Assembly (NCBI RefSeq): GCF_006345805.1
Contig: NC_043002.1
Span: 33,914,001-33,978,000, forward strand
DNA: 64,000 nucleotides
Direction of reading: 5' to 3'
Origin: Octopus sinensis
Taxonomy: Eukaryota
Below the pieces are notes generated by a model that saw only the letters and a program-made list of their open reading frames with translations, was not told where the DNA came from and did not search any database. Positions 37,265 through 50,672 of the stretch are shown one piece after another (the first letter of the stretch is position 1; every line of letters begins with the position of its first letter). The translations under genes were made by a program, and so were the position numbers.

Positions 37265-37535
37265 TCGTTCTAACAATTTGAAATCACTTGGAATGGATCC
37301 AAAGGCCATATAAACCCTTGCTTCGGATCTAGCTGGATAGCAAACGAAGGTGTGAAGTGGAGTGAAAGTTTTTGAGGAGGCCAGGATCACACATGCAAGA
37401 TACAAGAGAGATTTAGAGAAGAATGCTGTGATCGAGAAGGTGAATCTCAGTGACATTTTTTGTGTGCACAGTTTGTGACAGACCATGCTTTTCTTTTGCT
37501 GGGCTCAATCTCATTTACGGACCCATGAAAAACGA
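37265..37535 (+). mobile_element. RTE-clade LINE 3' end, decayed
   Basis: DPKAI*TLASD..GVKVFEEAR..KR, then FVCTVCDRPCFSFAGL / SHLRTH across a frameshift. Confidence 0.75.
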
Positions 37536-37880
37536 ACCTCCACTAACTACTCTGCCTATATATCTGTGCACACCTTTCAATGTTGAATATGTAATAAGGT
37601 TTGCAAATCTAACGGAAGCCTCAAAAAACACTTTAAGATCCACAAAAATCAGATCTTAACTGCAGCTCTTGGTGGTCCAAATCAGTTATGTAATCTATGT
37701 GGGTTTCTTTTCAATACATTGTCTGGTTTAAAATGCTACTTCAGACGCCATGATGGATTTAAGGTGTAAGTACAAGAGGTGGTCAGACTCTACATAAGGA
37801 GTAGACAACCATCATGTATGTATGTATGTATGTATGTATGTATGTATGTATGTATGTATGTATGTATGTATGTATGTATG

Positions 37881-38040
37881 TCTCTTCTATTTTTTAATTA
37901 TTATAAATCTTCCACTGAGTGAGGAGCCGGTTTCCAGCCAACATCGGAGTCGCAAATGCAAAATATAAGTTAGTCCTAGAGTGCAAAATGTTCCTGAAGG
38001 TCAGCAATAGTCTTTCTCGGTCACGAGTGGACAGCCATTA
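37881..38040 (-). mobile_element. 3' UTR fragment of RLE LINE family 2 inside (TATG)n
   Basis: The junction (TATG)nTCTCTTCTAT.TTTTAATTATTATAAATCTTCCACTGAG matches 29681. Confidence 0.7.
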
Positions 38041-38123
38041 TGTATGTATGTATATTATATATATGCATATGTATGTGTATATGTATGTATGTATGTATTT
38101 ATGTATGTATATATGTATGTATG

Positions 38124-38158
<35 letters not shown>

Positions 38159-38890
38159 CGTATTATGTATGTATGTATGCGTAAGTATATGGATTTAGAG
38201 AAATATACCATATATATAATACCCTACGTGCCTTTTTTGTGAGTAAGACTTTACCGTTTGAAACTTTTTAATTCGTTCCAAATGATAAGATTTTTACTTT
38301 CTAAATCATTCAATATGTTCTAGAGCCATTCAGTTTATTTTTTGCGTTTGTCTCATAATACTTGATAAAATAGTTTTCTAAATTATTCAACAGCATTTGT
38401 ACTCTTTTACTATAACGGCATTTCTACTTAGTTGTTCAGTTTGTCTTTTATATTTGAAAGTTCATTCTGAATGCTTAACTAATCTTAACTCAATTTCAGT
38501 AAAATGCAATGGGCTTCGCATCTGTTATGCTGGACGACAGAAACTAAAGCAACGATGAATGACAGATGCTAATTGAGATCTTTTGCTCTGAAATCGTCGG
38601 TATATTACGCAAAATAAAACTAAATTTTCATCATGAATTAATCGTGAATTTCACACACACATGGATATATGCATGAAATTGAATAACAAACTCTTTGCTT
38701 TTAAAAGTATTATCCTTCACGTAAGATTTATAAATTATATATATATATATATATAAAATGAGGAGAAAAAAATATACAAAAATATATATGAAACAATGTA
38801 TATCATATATTATATCATACACACACACACACATCAGGAAAAGAAGACAAGGTAGAAAATGCTAAAATAACTTTATCACGAAGAACATTT

Positions 38891-38926
38891 TAGTACCGGT
38901 TTCAGACTTTGCGACTTTTTCAACTA
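38891..38926 (-). ncRNA. Diverged U3-A8 hammerhead motif (third copy of the 14931 family)
   Basis: Minus strand: UAG UUGAAAA AGUC GCAAA GUCU GAA ACCGGU A CUA. Stem I CAG/CUG has become UAG/CUA and the stem II closing pair G-C has become A-U. Confidence 0.65.
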
Positions 38927-39259
38927 AGAGTAAAGCATGAAAAACAATTAAATTGTGGAAAAATTAAATTAAATGTTTTTAAAAATATTTCCATAGTTTT
39001 CAAATGCAAGGGGCATTTTCCTTTCTTCTGTGTCTGTCTCTGTCTCTCTTTTTGGGAGATATCTTATGGTAGTAGAATAGTATTTTAACTGCTATTTCTA
39101 AATTTTGGTATGTGGTGAAGCAAATTTTGCTGAACCCTAATTATAATTATGTTCATAATTATAGAATTTATATATATATATATATATATATACATATGAA
39201 TATGAGGAAAAATGAAAAAATTCCATGTATTATGTTATCTCATATATATATATATATAT

Positions 39260-39301
<42 letters not shown>

Positions 39302-39339
39302 TGCTTTCTCGTATACTAGACGAGCAAAGCCATTGCTAG

Positions 39340-39418
39340 AAATAATCATTGAAATGAGTCATTGATAATGCAATGAGAGGCCCTTATATGACTCTTGAGC
39401 CCCGCCAAAGTTTTACAC

Positions 39419-39420
<2 letters not shown>
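39340..39420 (-). mobile_element. RTE-type LINE extreme 3' fragment
   Basis: CKTLAGLKSHIRA motif on the minus strand. Confidence 0.55.
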
Positions 39421-39470
<50 letters not shown>

Positions 39471-39753
39471 TGTGTGTGTGTGTGTGTGTTCGTGTGTGTG
39501 TGTGTGTGTGCGTGCGAAAGTAAGATCCAAGGATCAAGGTGCAAGAAGTTAATGAGCTTCAAGCAGTCCGTAGAAGATATTAAAAACAACTTTCAGAAAC
39601 AATCGTGGTTTATTGGCGCAGCGGTTATGAAGCTTTCCCGCATCGAAGTACGATAAGCTGAAAAAAGGTTTTTCTATAGTTCACGGTTAGCAACGGGGTT
39701 ACTGCATATGCGAATAAACATCCAAAATTAGAGAATGGAGAAAATAAAATCCA

Positions 39754-39955
39754 GGCTACATATGTTTCATAGTTAACGGCACCCCGGAAGTAGTAATTAT
39801 CTAAAACGAGGTGTAGACCGCAAGCAACTCTTCAGGTCAAAGATAACTTGATTATATGTGAAGGTGTCCTCGGCCTGAAGAGTAGCTTGTGGTCTGCCCC
39901 TCATTTGGATAATTACTACTTCCAAGGTTCTGCTAGCTATGAAACCTATGTAGCC
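39754..39955. ncRNA. Inverted pair of long-stem-II hammerhead motifs forming a ~200-bp hairpin
   Basis: Plus copy 39872-39955: GGC CUGAAGA GUAGC...GCUAU GAA ACCUAUGU A GCC. Minus copy 39754-39838 has ACAUAUGU. The arms are about 80% identical. Confidence 0.75.
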
Positions 39956-40302
39956 TTCCCTAATTCTGGATATATGTGTATGCGTATATATATATTATAT
40001 ATATTATATATATATATATATATATATCTATATATATATATATTATATATATATACATATATATAATATATATATATACAAAGGGGTTTGTATGATTGTG
40101 TATAGAAGAATATATTACTCATAGGAATTCCAACTCTGTTTTTATGTTTTATTTATATTCTTATAATATTAATATAGGATATAGAATATAGAATATATAG
40201 TAAGAAAGAAATGAAATGAAGTATTGATTGTCTTATTGAACAAACGAAATATTGAAAATTAAATTAAATGTCTATTGTCATTGACAAGTTTACTTTCTTG
40301 CA

Positions 40303-40348
<46 letters not shown>

Positions 40349-40443
40349 ATCCAACATGAAAGCACAAAAAAAAACACACACAACGCGAGGACGTGGAACA
40401 AATATAGTATATTGGACGCTCAGGAAAGAAGGAAAGAAGGAGG

Positions 40444-40478
40444 GTTTAACGTTTCGAGCAGAGCTCTTCGTCGGAAAC
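40444..40478 (-). ncRNA. Minimal hammerhead motif, CCGACGAA core
   Basis: Minus strand: GUUU CCGACGAA GAGC UCU GCUC GAA ACGU U AAAC, in repeat 40330-40545 homologous to 20860-21090. Confidence 0.7.
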
Positions 40479-42016
40479 ATAGTAGAAGGAAAGATCCAGA
40501 GAAGGGAAGATAGAGGAAAAAAAGTCGCCAACGGTACACACGCACTCTGTATATTTTTATATGATCTTATCTTGGTCATGCTGGGGTACCATCTTGAATC
40601 AAAACAGACCTGGGACAAAAGCTAACATCTTCCCTCACTACATTACATCACAGAATACGATATTACATTGTGCCATATTATACAACAGTGCATCGCACTT
40701 AATCACGCTGCGTCACCTTACATAACTCTATATCACAATATGTCACACTACGTCGTACTATATGACACTATAGTACACTACAACACACTACTAACACAAT
40801 GTAGAAATGCAAAAGCATCCAGAAGCAAAAACAATAAAAACAAACATTAGTTCGAGATAACTACTTTTACGATGTAAAAAAAGAAGAGAGAGGTTCAACG
40901 TTTCGTACTGTGTTCTGTCGTCAAGAAAACAAAACAGAGAAGTAAAAGGAGATAAAAACAATGGGATCGTCCACAGAAATTCAATCTTATCAAATGATCT
41001 TTATTCTCTCTTTATCTTAATAGTGTGCTACATTTAAAAAACAATGAGGGCTGCCTTCTCTCCTTGGATTGATTACTAAGATAATACTATAATAAATTGA
41101 TATTCTATTACTGCCAATACAATACTCCACAAAATCACAATATTCTACAGTTTTAGCAGTCTGGATATTCTGTACCTTTGTCTTGTTGAAGACAGTACAG
41201 ATCCACCAAGCAGCGTTTGTTGTTGTTTTTGTTGTTGTTGTTGTTATTGTTGTTATCGTTGTTTAACCCAAGTCATATCGGTGTGACATAATGTTGCATG
41301 ATGCATTGTGGAGTGGTGTGGTGTAGATTTAGTTGTTGCCGAGGGGAGTGGTGTATATTTTAATCATAACCTAAATGATGGTAGTGTAGGGTCATGTGTT
41401 GTTTGGTGGGGTGGTGCAGTGCAAGGTCAGGTGTGGTGGAATGGTGTGGTGAAACATGAGATTAGGTGCTGTGGAGTGGTGTGGAGTGGCGAGCGTTTAG
41501 TAATAACAACAATTATTGCTTCCTTTAATCAGAATCAAGGCTTTGCCGACCCGATAGTCGACTAAGCCTTGTGCATGAATTCAGGACACGGGTAAGAGGA
41601 AATTAAGGAGAACACTTGGAAGGAATGTTCTTGTGCTAGGGCTGTACACTTAATCTGTCACCCAGTTTAATACCGCAGTCTGTTCCTAGGATACCTTTAG
41701 CAGATTTCATTCTGTTTTAAGGACCAATTATTAGGACCAAGTTTCTGTGCGGTAGGAGGGCAACCCAGTATTTTAATACACCACATTGATCCATTTAATG
41801 TAGTTTAGTTATCCTTAGCCTCCCAACAGGTTCAGAGACCTTGTAAATGGTCATGAGTACTACTCTTTCTTTCGGGACTAATTCATAACAAAAAAGACGG
41901 TATTAATTGAGATTATAGCAGTATATTACTAGTACTCATTGTATCAACTCTAGAATCATGCCCGAGAGCTAAATTCGACTTAGCGAGTAAATTCGATTTG
42001 AACTCAGAAAAATGAG

Positions 42017-42402
42017 GCACTTTAACGAAAATATTATTTTGTAAGTTATTGCATATGTGAACCGTTAGTTTGCTCATATTTTGCTCAGATAATGTAAACG
42101 AATATCGGCTCTAAACAACAGAATAAGTTAGATAAGGGTCTTTAATCTTGTTTTAGTTTCAGGTTGTAGCTATATCACTTGAACCACCATATAATTCTCC
42201 TGTCATTCTGTTAGTAAGCGCGTACTTTTGCCCTACCACTTTGCTACCACTCTTGTTTAGATCAAGTTATCATATGAGTTAATGGTAAAAGCTTATCAAT
42301 CCAGAACATATAGAAATACCTACATAAAGAACATTAAATGCACTTTAACGAAAATATTATTTTGTAAGTTATTGCATATGTGAACCGTTAGTTTGCTCAT
42401 AT
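42017..42402 (+). repeat. Exact 63-bp direct repeat (42017-42079 and 42340-42402)
   Basis: GCACTTTAACGAAAATATTATTTTGTAAGTTATTGCATATGTGAACCGTTAGTTTGCTCATAT occurs twice. Confidence 0.9.
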
Positions 42403-43679
42403 ATTCTAGCTAACATTTTCTTATTATCTGCATTTGAGTGACTATAATGGATTGTTATTACGTATCACAATTGTTGTTTTTAGTATACCTATGCCATATA
42501 TTTCTGTGTCATATCTGTACCATATAGTTAGCTTAGCATATTTGTACCATGAATTCATATTTATTTTACAATTATATTCAATTATTGCGTTACAAATTGA
42601 ATAAGTCAAGTCAAGTGTTGCTTTTCATTTGATCCACTCCGTTCATAAACAGCCGACAATAATAATAGGGATGATGATGTTTGAACAGAAATTGATCCAG
42701 TTACAGTGAAACTTCATCATGAACAATTTTTTACCAGCAAAAAACTACTACTAGAACTAATTTTACAGTAATGTACACACCAAATGGTATTGTTGCATTT
42801 CACGAATCGCCCCGCTTTGAAATAATGCCATCGGTGCTGCTTATTTTGTAGCAGCGGAAATGACTTTTTAAATATGAAATATAATAAGAACATTGTACAG
42901 GTTGCCTGCTTCGTGGAACATCCACGGGTCCAGCTTGTTAATAATAATTTCTGTTAGAATAATTTCTAGCATCGGTGCAATTCCAGAGACATTTGGAGAG
43001 GGAACTGTCGAGCTTATTGATTCTAGTTCTTGACTAGTTTTATCCACCCCAAAAGGACGAAAGACAAAACTGACCTCGGCGTAATTTGAATCTACCAATC
43101 TATCGCCTGCTTCTGGAGTATTTAACACAACACAATACTCACATCCTTTCCTTCCTGTTATACAATGTCTATTTAATGTGGGTGCTGCTATTGTTGTTGT
43201 TGTTGTTGTTGTTAAGCAACAAGACGGGCAAGGGTGATTAGGTGATGGTCTAGGGCTTAGGGGCAGGAGACCCCAGACCTTGAAAAAAAAAACTTTGGTC
43301 GCCTTCTTGTAGTCGAGGGCTCTTCGTTGACGCCCGTCACCACTGGGAGGTAGCCCTCGAAGTCGCTGGAAATGGAGATCACCTGGTCCAAATTCTTGGA
43401 TGGCTGCTGCTGCTGCTGCTGTTGTTGCTGCTTAGAAAAAGGTTGATCAGGACCAAGCAGACCAATGATTAAAGGGATTCCGAGTTTGACCGTCCCGTCT
43501 TTTTGTATATTAACGACTACATCATCTTGTGTGTTCGTACAGTGCGATTTTGGAGAATTAAGATGCTATTTCTCGCAGATCAGGCAACTACTCAGAACAC
43601 CTCCCAGTTGGCTTATGTAATGCTGGTGTTTTTAGGGACGATGGTAGTATTAGTTATATATTTCTTTACTGCCCACAAT

Positions 43680-43812
43680 GGGGACAAACAAGGATAGACA
43701 AAGGGATTAAGTCGATTACATCGACTTACCAGTGCGAAACTGGTACTTTATTTATCGACCCCGAAAGGATAAAAGGCAAAGTCGACCTCGGCGGAATTTG
43801 AACTCAGAACGT
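43680..43812 (-). mobile_element. SINE family B fragment
   Basis: CGACCCCGAAAGGATAAAAGGCAAAGTCGACCTCGGCGGAATTTGAACTCAGAACG. Confidence 0.8.
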
Positions 43813-44934
43813 AGTAGTATTAGTTATTACTATGTTGTTGTTGATGTTAGAGTTATTGTTGTTATTGTTAACCCCAAGTCAATGGAATCCTGCTGTAGTT
43901 TTTATATCAGACATTGTATATTGAGGTGTAAGGAATTGTAATGTAGTAATGTAGTGTTGAATATTTTATTGGTTGGTGTATGTAATATAGTATAGCGTTG
44001 TACTGGTACAGGTATAGGGAAATCTTTTCCATAGAAGCGGGCCGCAAGAGAGCATAGCTCATTATCAGGTGGGCCGCACTGCTGAAAGAAATCGAAGTAA
44101 TTTTTCGTTGGTGTCATTCAGAAAGCTCCGCGGTCTGCTTGCGGCCGACAAGCTGCAGTGTACCATTACTAGTGTAATATAATGTACAAGTGTGGTGGTG
44201 TGTGGTGTGGTAGCGTGGTATAGTGCAGTGTACAAGAACGATAGTATGTTGTAGTTTTGTAATAGATTACTTCAACATTGTAAAGTTACTATTGGGTGAC
44301 TGAGTAATTTAAAATAAAATGTTTAATCGCAACGAAGAGATGAGAGATAGTGTATAATATAGTATAAAACAGAATTGAATGGAGAGGATCAAAGTGTATA
44401 GTTCAGTCTAGTGTGTTATATTAGCGTAAAAGTTACTATAAATATTGAGTGGAATAGCGAATAACAGTGTAGTGTTGGGGTGTATAATGCAGTGTAATAG
44501 ATATTTAGTGGAATGGTTAGACTTTGCTTCGCTGAAGAGGTGTAATAAAGCTAAAATATGTTCCGAGCTATCCTCGCACTGCTAAACACAAGGCTCTCTT
44601 CCTGTAACATTTCATACTTTAAAGTTTAAGAGGAACATTATCGACATTAGTCTCGCCACTCTCGGGGAACCTGTAAAGGTCGGTGGCCATTTTATTGCCC
44701 TTTCCCACAGACCTAATAAATAAAAGGACATACTGTTTCATCTCTATCGACTTTTTAAAATTGGGCTTGCTTTCAGAGAGGTGGGGAGCGGCAGAGGGAG
44801 AGAAAGAGGGGGGAGAGAGATGAAAGAGAGAGATAAGAGAGGGAGAGAGAGAGAGAGAGATGGGCAAACTGACTGTGTACGTGTGTGTCTGTATACGTGG
44901 GTTAACGATAATTTAGTATATTATAGATAAATAA

Positions 44935-45760
44935 TATTGGTTTCAAATTTTGGCACAATTTCAGAGGAGTGGGTAAATCGATTACACCAACTTCAGTGCT
45001 CAACTGGTACTTATTTTATCGACCCCGAAAGGGATGAAGGGCAAAGTTGATCTTGGCAGAATTTGAACTCAGAACGGAAAGACGGACGACATTTAGCTAA
45101 GCATTTTGACCAGCGTGTTAAGAGTTCCGCCCACTCGTCGCCTTAATGGTTGTGGTTCCCAATTTTGGCACAAAGAAAACAATTTCGGGTAAGCGGGGGC
45201 AAGTCGGTTACAGCGACCCCAGTGCTCAAACTGGTCTTTATTTTATGAACCTCGAAAGAATGAAGGGCAAAGTCGACTTCGGCGGAATTTGAACTCAGAA
45301 CGTAAAGATGGACGAAATGCTTCTAAGCATTTTGCCCGGCGTGCTAACGATTCGGCCAGCTCGCCGCCTTTAAAAGTTCGGCATGCCACTTCAGGGAAAA
45401 TCGAACTCACTCACAAAGTATCAAGTGTTCTGCAATTTCCTCTAAACTAACGACGATGGTTATGGTAATATTGGTTTCAATTTTGGGCTCAAGGCCAGCA
45501 ACTTCGGGGGGGGGGTAGCCACTAGCGTAGCTAATTGGGGAGAGGGGGGTCGTTAGGAGTGGTCCGACTCGGGTGGCACTTTTTGGGTCTACTGTAGGCA
45601 ATATGTGTTTTTTGTGGGGTCTGAGGGGGACAAAAGGAAGGTCCTCCCCGGGCGGCACACACTTTAGCTACACTAATGGGGTTAGTCAATTACAACGACC
45701 CCAATGGTCAGCTGGTATTTATTTTATCAAACTCACAAGGATGATAAGTTGAATTTGAAC
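44935..45760 (-). mobile_element. Cluster of three SINE family B copies
   Basis: Copies at ~44935-45135, 45150-45370 and 45470-45760. The last is interrupted by a MITE. Confidence 0.75.
45520..45678. mobile_element. Small hAT-type MITE
   Basis: TIRs CACTAGCGTAGCTA / TAGCTACACTAATG and a degenerate 8-bp TSD GGGGTAGC / GGGTTAGT. Confidence 0.55.
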
Positions 45761-46449
45761 TAATGGTTCAAATTAAGTATAAAAAGTATAAAATATGTGA
45801 TTGAATAAAATATATGACAAAAACAGCGTCGTTTGATATAATATAGTTATGATGGTTACCAGTGATTATCGTCGTGTTTGGCGGTGGTAGTGGTGGTTTT
45901 GGTGATGTTGATAATGATTGCAGTAGTGTTTGTCTAGTAATAAATAGTAGCAGAAATTGTTTAAACTTGTCACATTCTGATCTTAGGCCTGTCGTGAACC
46001 CTGGGCCTCATAAGGCCAGAGCTTAACCCGATTTCAATGTCATACAAGTGACACTACCCCCAACCCCAACCCCACCCATCCACCCTGAATAGAACACCAG
46101 TCCGTTACGGACAGACTGATCTACCTGGCTAATTTTCCATTTAACAACCCAAACATACCCATCCAGTCTTTCCTCCAGACATATGCTGTCGACAAACAAT
46201 TTGCCCCTCGTGTTTTATGACCATCTTTTCTTTTAGTACATATAAGCCTACATTGTTAAATATCCGTTTTTTTTTAAATTCTTATAACACTAAAAAATAA
46301 TTTGATGCAGATTTAGCTGTTATTTCTGGCAAGTTAAAAAACTACCTGGATGTCCCCACGTTGACGATAGTGACATTGATGGGGAGCGGATAGGGGTGAT
46401 AATAAAAGTTAACTTACTGAACGTTCCTTCTGTCTGGTGGTCATCGTCA

Positions 46450-46790
46450 TAGTTTGATGTAGTGATCACTTAATTACCTTCTCTCGGTGTGATAATGGAT
46501 ATATATTCTGTGTTATATTTACGGTGTATAGTGTATGGTATATAACGTTGTATGGCAATGTGGTATTTAGCGTGATATATAGCAGGAGGTTTCACGCAGT
46601 ATGCAGTGCGCTAAGTAGTTTCGTGGAGTGTGATATAGCGTGATATGCAGTGTGCTATATAATGAGATATAGCATAATATATAATATGCCGTATGGTATG
46701 ATACACTTTTCTCTGTGCGATAATGTTTTATATATATATATATATAAATATAGTATAGTATAGTTTATAGTATGGTATACATAGTGTGGT

Positions 46791-46824
<34 letters not shown>

Positions 46825-47520
46825 GTATACTTTATTGTATGGTATACATGGTGTAGTTCACTTCCCTCGGTGTGATTATGAATGTATACAAGGTGTTATT
46901 TAATGAGGTATATAGCATAATATATATTGTATAGTATATAGGGTGGTAAGCTTCTCTCGATGTAATAATGGGTGTATGTTGTATGTTACATATCATGTGC
47001 TGTATAATGAAGAATATACTCCAGTCTTGTGTGATACATAGTACGGTTAAAAGTGTAACGTTCAGTGTATTGTGTGATCGATATATAGTATGGGCGCAGT
47101 GAGGTATAGTGTGGTATGACCTCAGTGTGTGTGGAAGTCTGTTTGTAGTGATGGTATGAATAATAGTCTGTGGCTTAGTGCATACGCTGTAGCATAGTAT
47201 GGTGGTATGCATGAATGTATATGTATATGTTATATTACATTATATGTGTATGTGCTAATTTGTGTGTGTGTATGTGTGCATAGATGTACGTGTGTACTTG
47301 TGTATGACAGCTTGCATGTGATGTATGTATGTAATATAAGTATACTCGTCAGTAAGATAGTGTTTGTGTTGTGGTACAATGCATTGGTATTTCTCAGTGG
47401 TATGATGTTGTGTAGTATACTGTAATAAAATGCGGTCAGTTTTGGTGTTGCATGATATGGTGTGCTGGGGGTGAAGTATAGTATGTTGGTATATGTAGTT
47501 GTTTTATAGAATATGGTTTT
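46450..47520. repeat. Degenerate GT/AT-rich low-complexity tract
   Basis: Reiterated TATAG/TGTGG/GTATA motifs with strong strand skew. Confidence 0.6.
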
Positions 47521-47656
47521 AGCTAATAATATTCATACTAAATTTGCGTGGAAAGAGCAAATGTCTGTGTATATGTATATGTGAATATTTGCGTGTATGT
47601 ATATGAATATATGTGTGTGTACATATGAATGTATATAAGTAAGTATATATTATATA

Positions 47657-47740
<84 letters not shown>

Positions 47741-47774
47741 GTATTATGTATGTATGGATGTATGTATGAATGTA

Positions 47775-47841
<67 letters not shown>

Positions 47842-48026
47842 AGGATAGTAATGTATGTGTCTGTGTGCGTAATTATATATATATGTATGTATATTATGTA
47901 CGTGTGTCTATGTATATATGCGTATATTTATACGTGTGTAATATTGTGTATGAATGCAAGCGTGTATATATATGTGTGTGTGTGTGTATATTATACCATA
48001 TGTTTATATAATATATATATATATAT

Positions 48027-48105
<79 letters not shown>

Positions 48106-48444
48106 TGTATGATGTATGTATGTTTGTATGTATGTATGTGCAAGGTCAATGATCTCTGCCAGACAAACCCGTTGACAGTGTCCTCTCAGTGGGAGATCTT
48201 ACATGTTGTGATGTGCATTGTGGAGCAGTGTCTGTAGGTGTTGAAGGCGGCGGCGGCGGAGGTGGTGATGGTCAGTGGCTGTGATATAGACAATATAAAT
48301 GTATGTGTGTGTGTGTGTATTTTATGTATATATATACTTGTGTATATGTATGCGCGTGTGGTGGGGAAGATCTATATATATATTGTAGTTTTTACACCTA
48401 CACCCACACATATATACGTACACATCTGTCTAAGTTTGAATACA

Positions 48445-48553
<109 letters not shown>

Positions 48554-48752
48554 GGGTGTGTAGGGGGAAGGTCTCTGTGTATGAAGGATGTAGTGATTAC
48601 ATTTGCTTATATACCTGTGTGTGTGTGTGCGTGCATATGTGTGTGTGCGCGCGTGCGTGTGTGTGTGTGTCTGATGGACATCAGCCATTCAGTTCTTCTG
48701 ATTCTTATTGGCTTATATCTCCGCCTACCAGTTTAAGCTTCTCCCCCCTCTC

Positions 48753-48805
<53 letters not shown>

Positions 48806-48929
48806 CTATCTTCCCTCTTTGTCTTCTTTCCTGACTTTTCCCTCTCTCACACACATTCTTCTCTCTGTCTTTATATTTCTCCATCTTTATGTCCAAGGTG
48901 ATTGTGACGATATGTAAGGCGGTGAAAGC

Positions 48930-48950
48930 GTCAGTAGCAGTAGCGGCCTC

Positions 48951-49011
<61 letters not shown>

Positions 49012-49023
49012 ATGGTGGTAGTG

Positions 49024-49068
<45 letters not shown>

Positions 49069-49115
49069 ATGGTAGTAGTAGTAGTAATGGTAGTAGTAGT
49101 AGTAGTAGTAGTAGT

Positions 49116-49168
<53 letters not shown>

Positions 49169-49170
49169 CA
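48930..49170. repeat. (GTA)n microsatellite with GCA/GTG interruptions
   Basis: Seen directly. It explains the poly-V, poly-T and poly-Y ORFs. Confidence 0.95.
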
Positions 49171-49267
49171 GTGACAGTCACTGCTGTCCCGATATAAACT
49201 TGTCCCCAGAAGTAAGGTCCTAGATGCAGCTGCAGTTTTCAGGTTTTCTCCCTCTCCAACTGACATC

Positions 49268-49385
49268 GGCAGTACGATGCCAGTAGTAGGACAGCAGTAA
49301 GAGCAGCAGTAGAATGTCAGTAGAACGACAGTAGGATGGCAGTAGAACGGCAGTAGGACGGCAGTAGGACGGCAGTGGAATGGCG
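49268..49385. repeat. 11-bp minisatellite (GGCAGTAGGAC-like, ~10 units)
   Basis: CGGCAGTAGGACGGCAGTAGGACGGCAGTGGAA and degenerate neighbouring units. Confidence 0.75.
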
Positions 49386-49774
49386 GGATATAGCTAGCTA
49401 CTGCAGGCTAAATTTTGCAACCAACTGCACTTGTCAGTTTTAGCTTTGTGTGACAGACAACACCACCCCACCCACACCATCTCAAATTACACTATAACAA
49501 CCACAAGCATCATCAATAACACCATTTCCCTCTGCCCTAATCCATTTTCTTCTAGATGCAGGAACCCCTATTTCTTCATAAATAAACTTACCTTGTGCAA
49601 CAATGAAGTGATGATGGCATAGTTTTATTGCTCATTAATATCTCTGTTGCGGAAGTTCTATGGAAGTAGGGTATCTGAGCAAATATTGCGTTTAGAACAC
49701 ATCGGAGCTACATACACACTAAGATGTTTGTCCTGGATATCTCTCAACGTTTTATATTCTCAACAGACAGTTCC

Positions 49775-50110
49775 ACCTCCACCCGTAGATGTAGGTAGTC
49801 GTAATCTGGATATCGCCCCGTTAAGGCAGTGTTAACAGCACCATAGATACTAGTACTCCGTCGATTACGACGACGAGTGTTCCAGTCAACGGAGCAGCCG
49901 GCTCGTGAAATTATCGTGCAAGTGACTGAGCACTCCACAGACACGTGCACCTTTAACGTAGTTTTCTCAGGGAGATTCATGTGATACAGAATGTGACAAG
50001 CCTGCTCCTTTGAATTACAGATACAACTCATATTTTGCCAGCTGTGTGAACTGGAGCAAAGTATCTTGCTCAAGGACACAACGCGCCGGGAATCGAACTC
50101 ACGACGTTTC
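49775..50110 (-). mobile_element. tRNA-derived SINE related to family C
   Basis: CTGGAGCAAAG..TCTTGCTCAAGGACACAAC..GGGAATCGAACTCACGAC is the reverse complement of a B box and the central motif. Confidence 0.7.
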
Positions 50111-50567
50111 TCATGCTATTATTACAATAATGAATCAATGATCGTTGATTTAACATGAAATATTATCGTTGCAAAAACAATAGTATCTTTCTTTTTTACT
50201 TTTCATTACAATCTTTAATTTTTGATAAAATTTTTTAAATGTTTCAAGAAAGTATCCAGCGGGCCTCAGGTTGGCTAGCCCTAGTCTAGGGTATAAGAGA
50301 TTTAGAGAGCTGTTTGAGGCAAAAGAGTAATAATATACAGTGCTTCTTGCATTTCGTAGTTTTGTAGCTAGATATACAATGTCCTTGGTTGTTACTGGAT
50401 TTAAGAACAACAGAGGAGTGATTAAAATGATGCAGATGGAAGCAAAATAAACCTTCATCATAGACACGACAGAGACCTGTTAGAGAAAGATGGATTTTTA
50501 GTGCTGCGAACAAATCCTTAGCAGGAAGTAAAACGCAACAGTCACTGCTTGGTTACGTTATTTACAG

Positions 50568-50672
50568 TTGCCTCTTTTTAGTCTGATGACAGCATCGATT
50601 GCCGGAAGAAAAGTAAAGCGTGCTACAATGTGGGTCTATTCTCTGGTAGCATCAATTTTGTTCGGCATCGTT
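50568..50672 (+). other. Candidate orphan coding exon (unverified)
   Basis: TTATTTACAG^ ... ^GTAAG gives 105 nt reading LPLFSLMTASIAGRKVKRATMWVYSLVASILFGIV. An alternative acceptor at 50581 gives SDDSIDCRKKSKACYNVGLFSGSINFVRHR. No homology was recognised. Confidence 0.25.
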
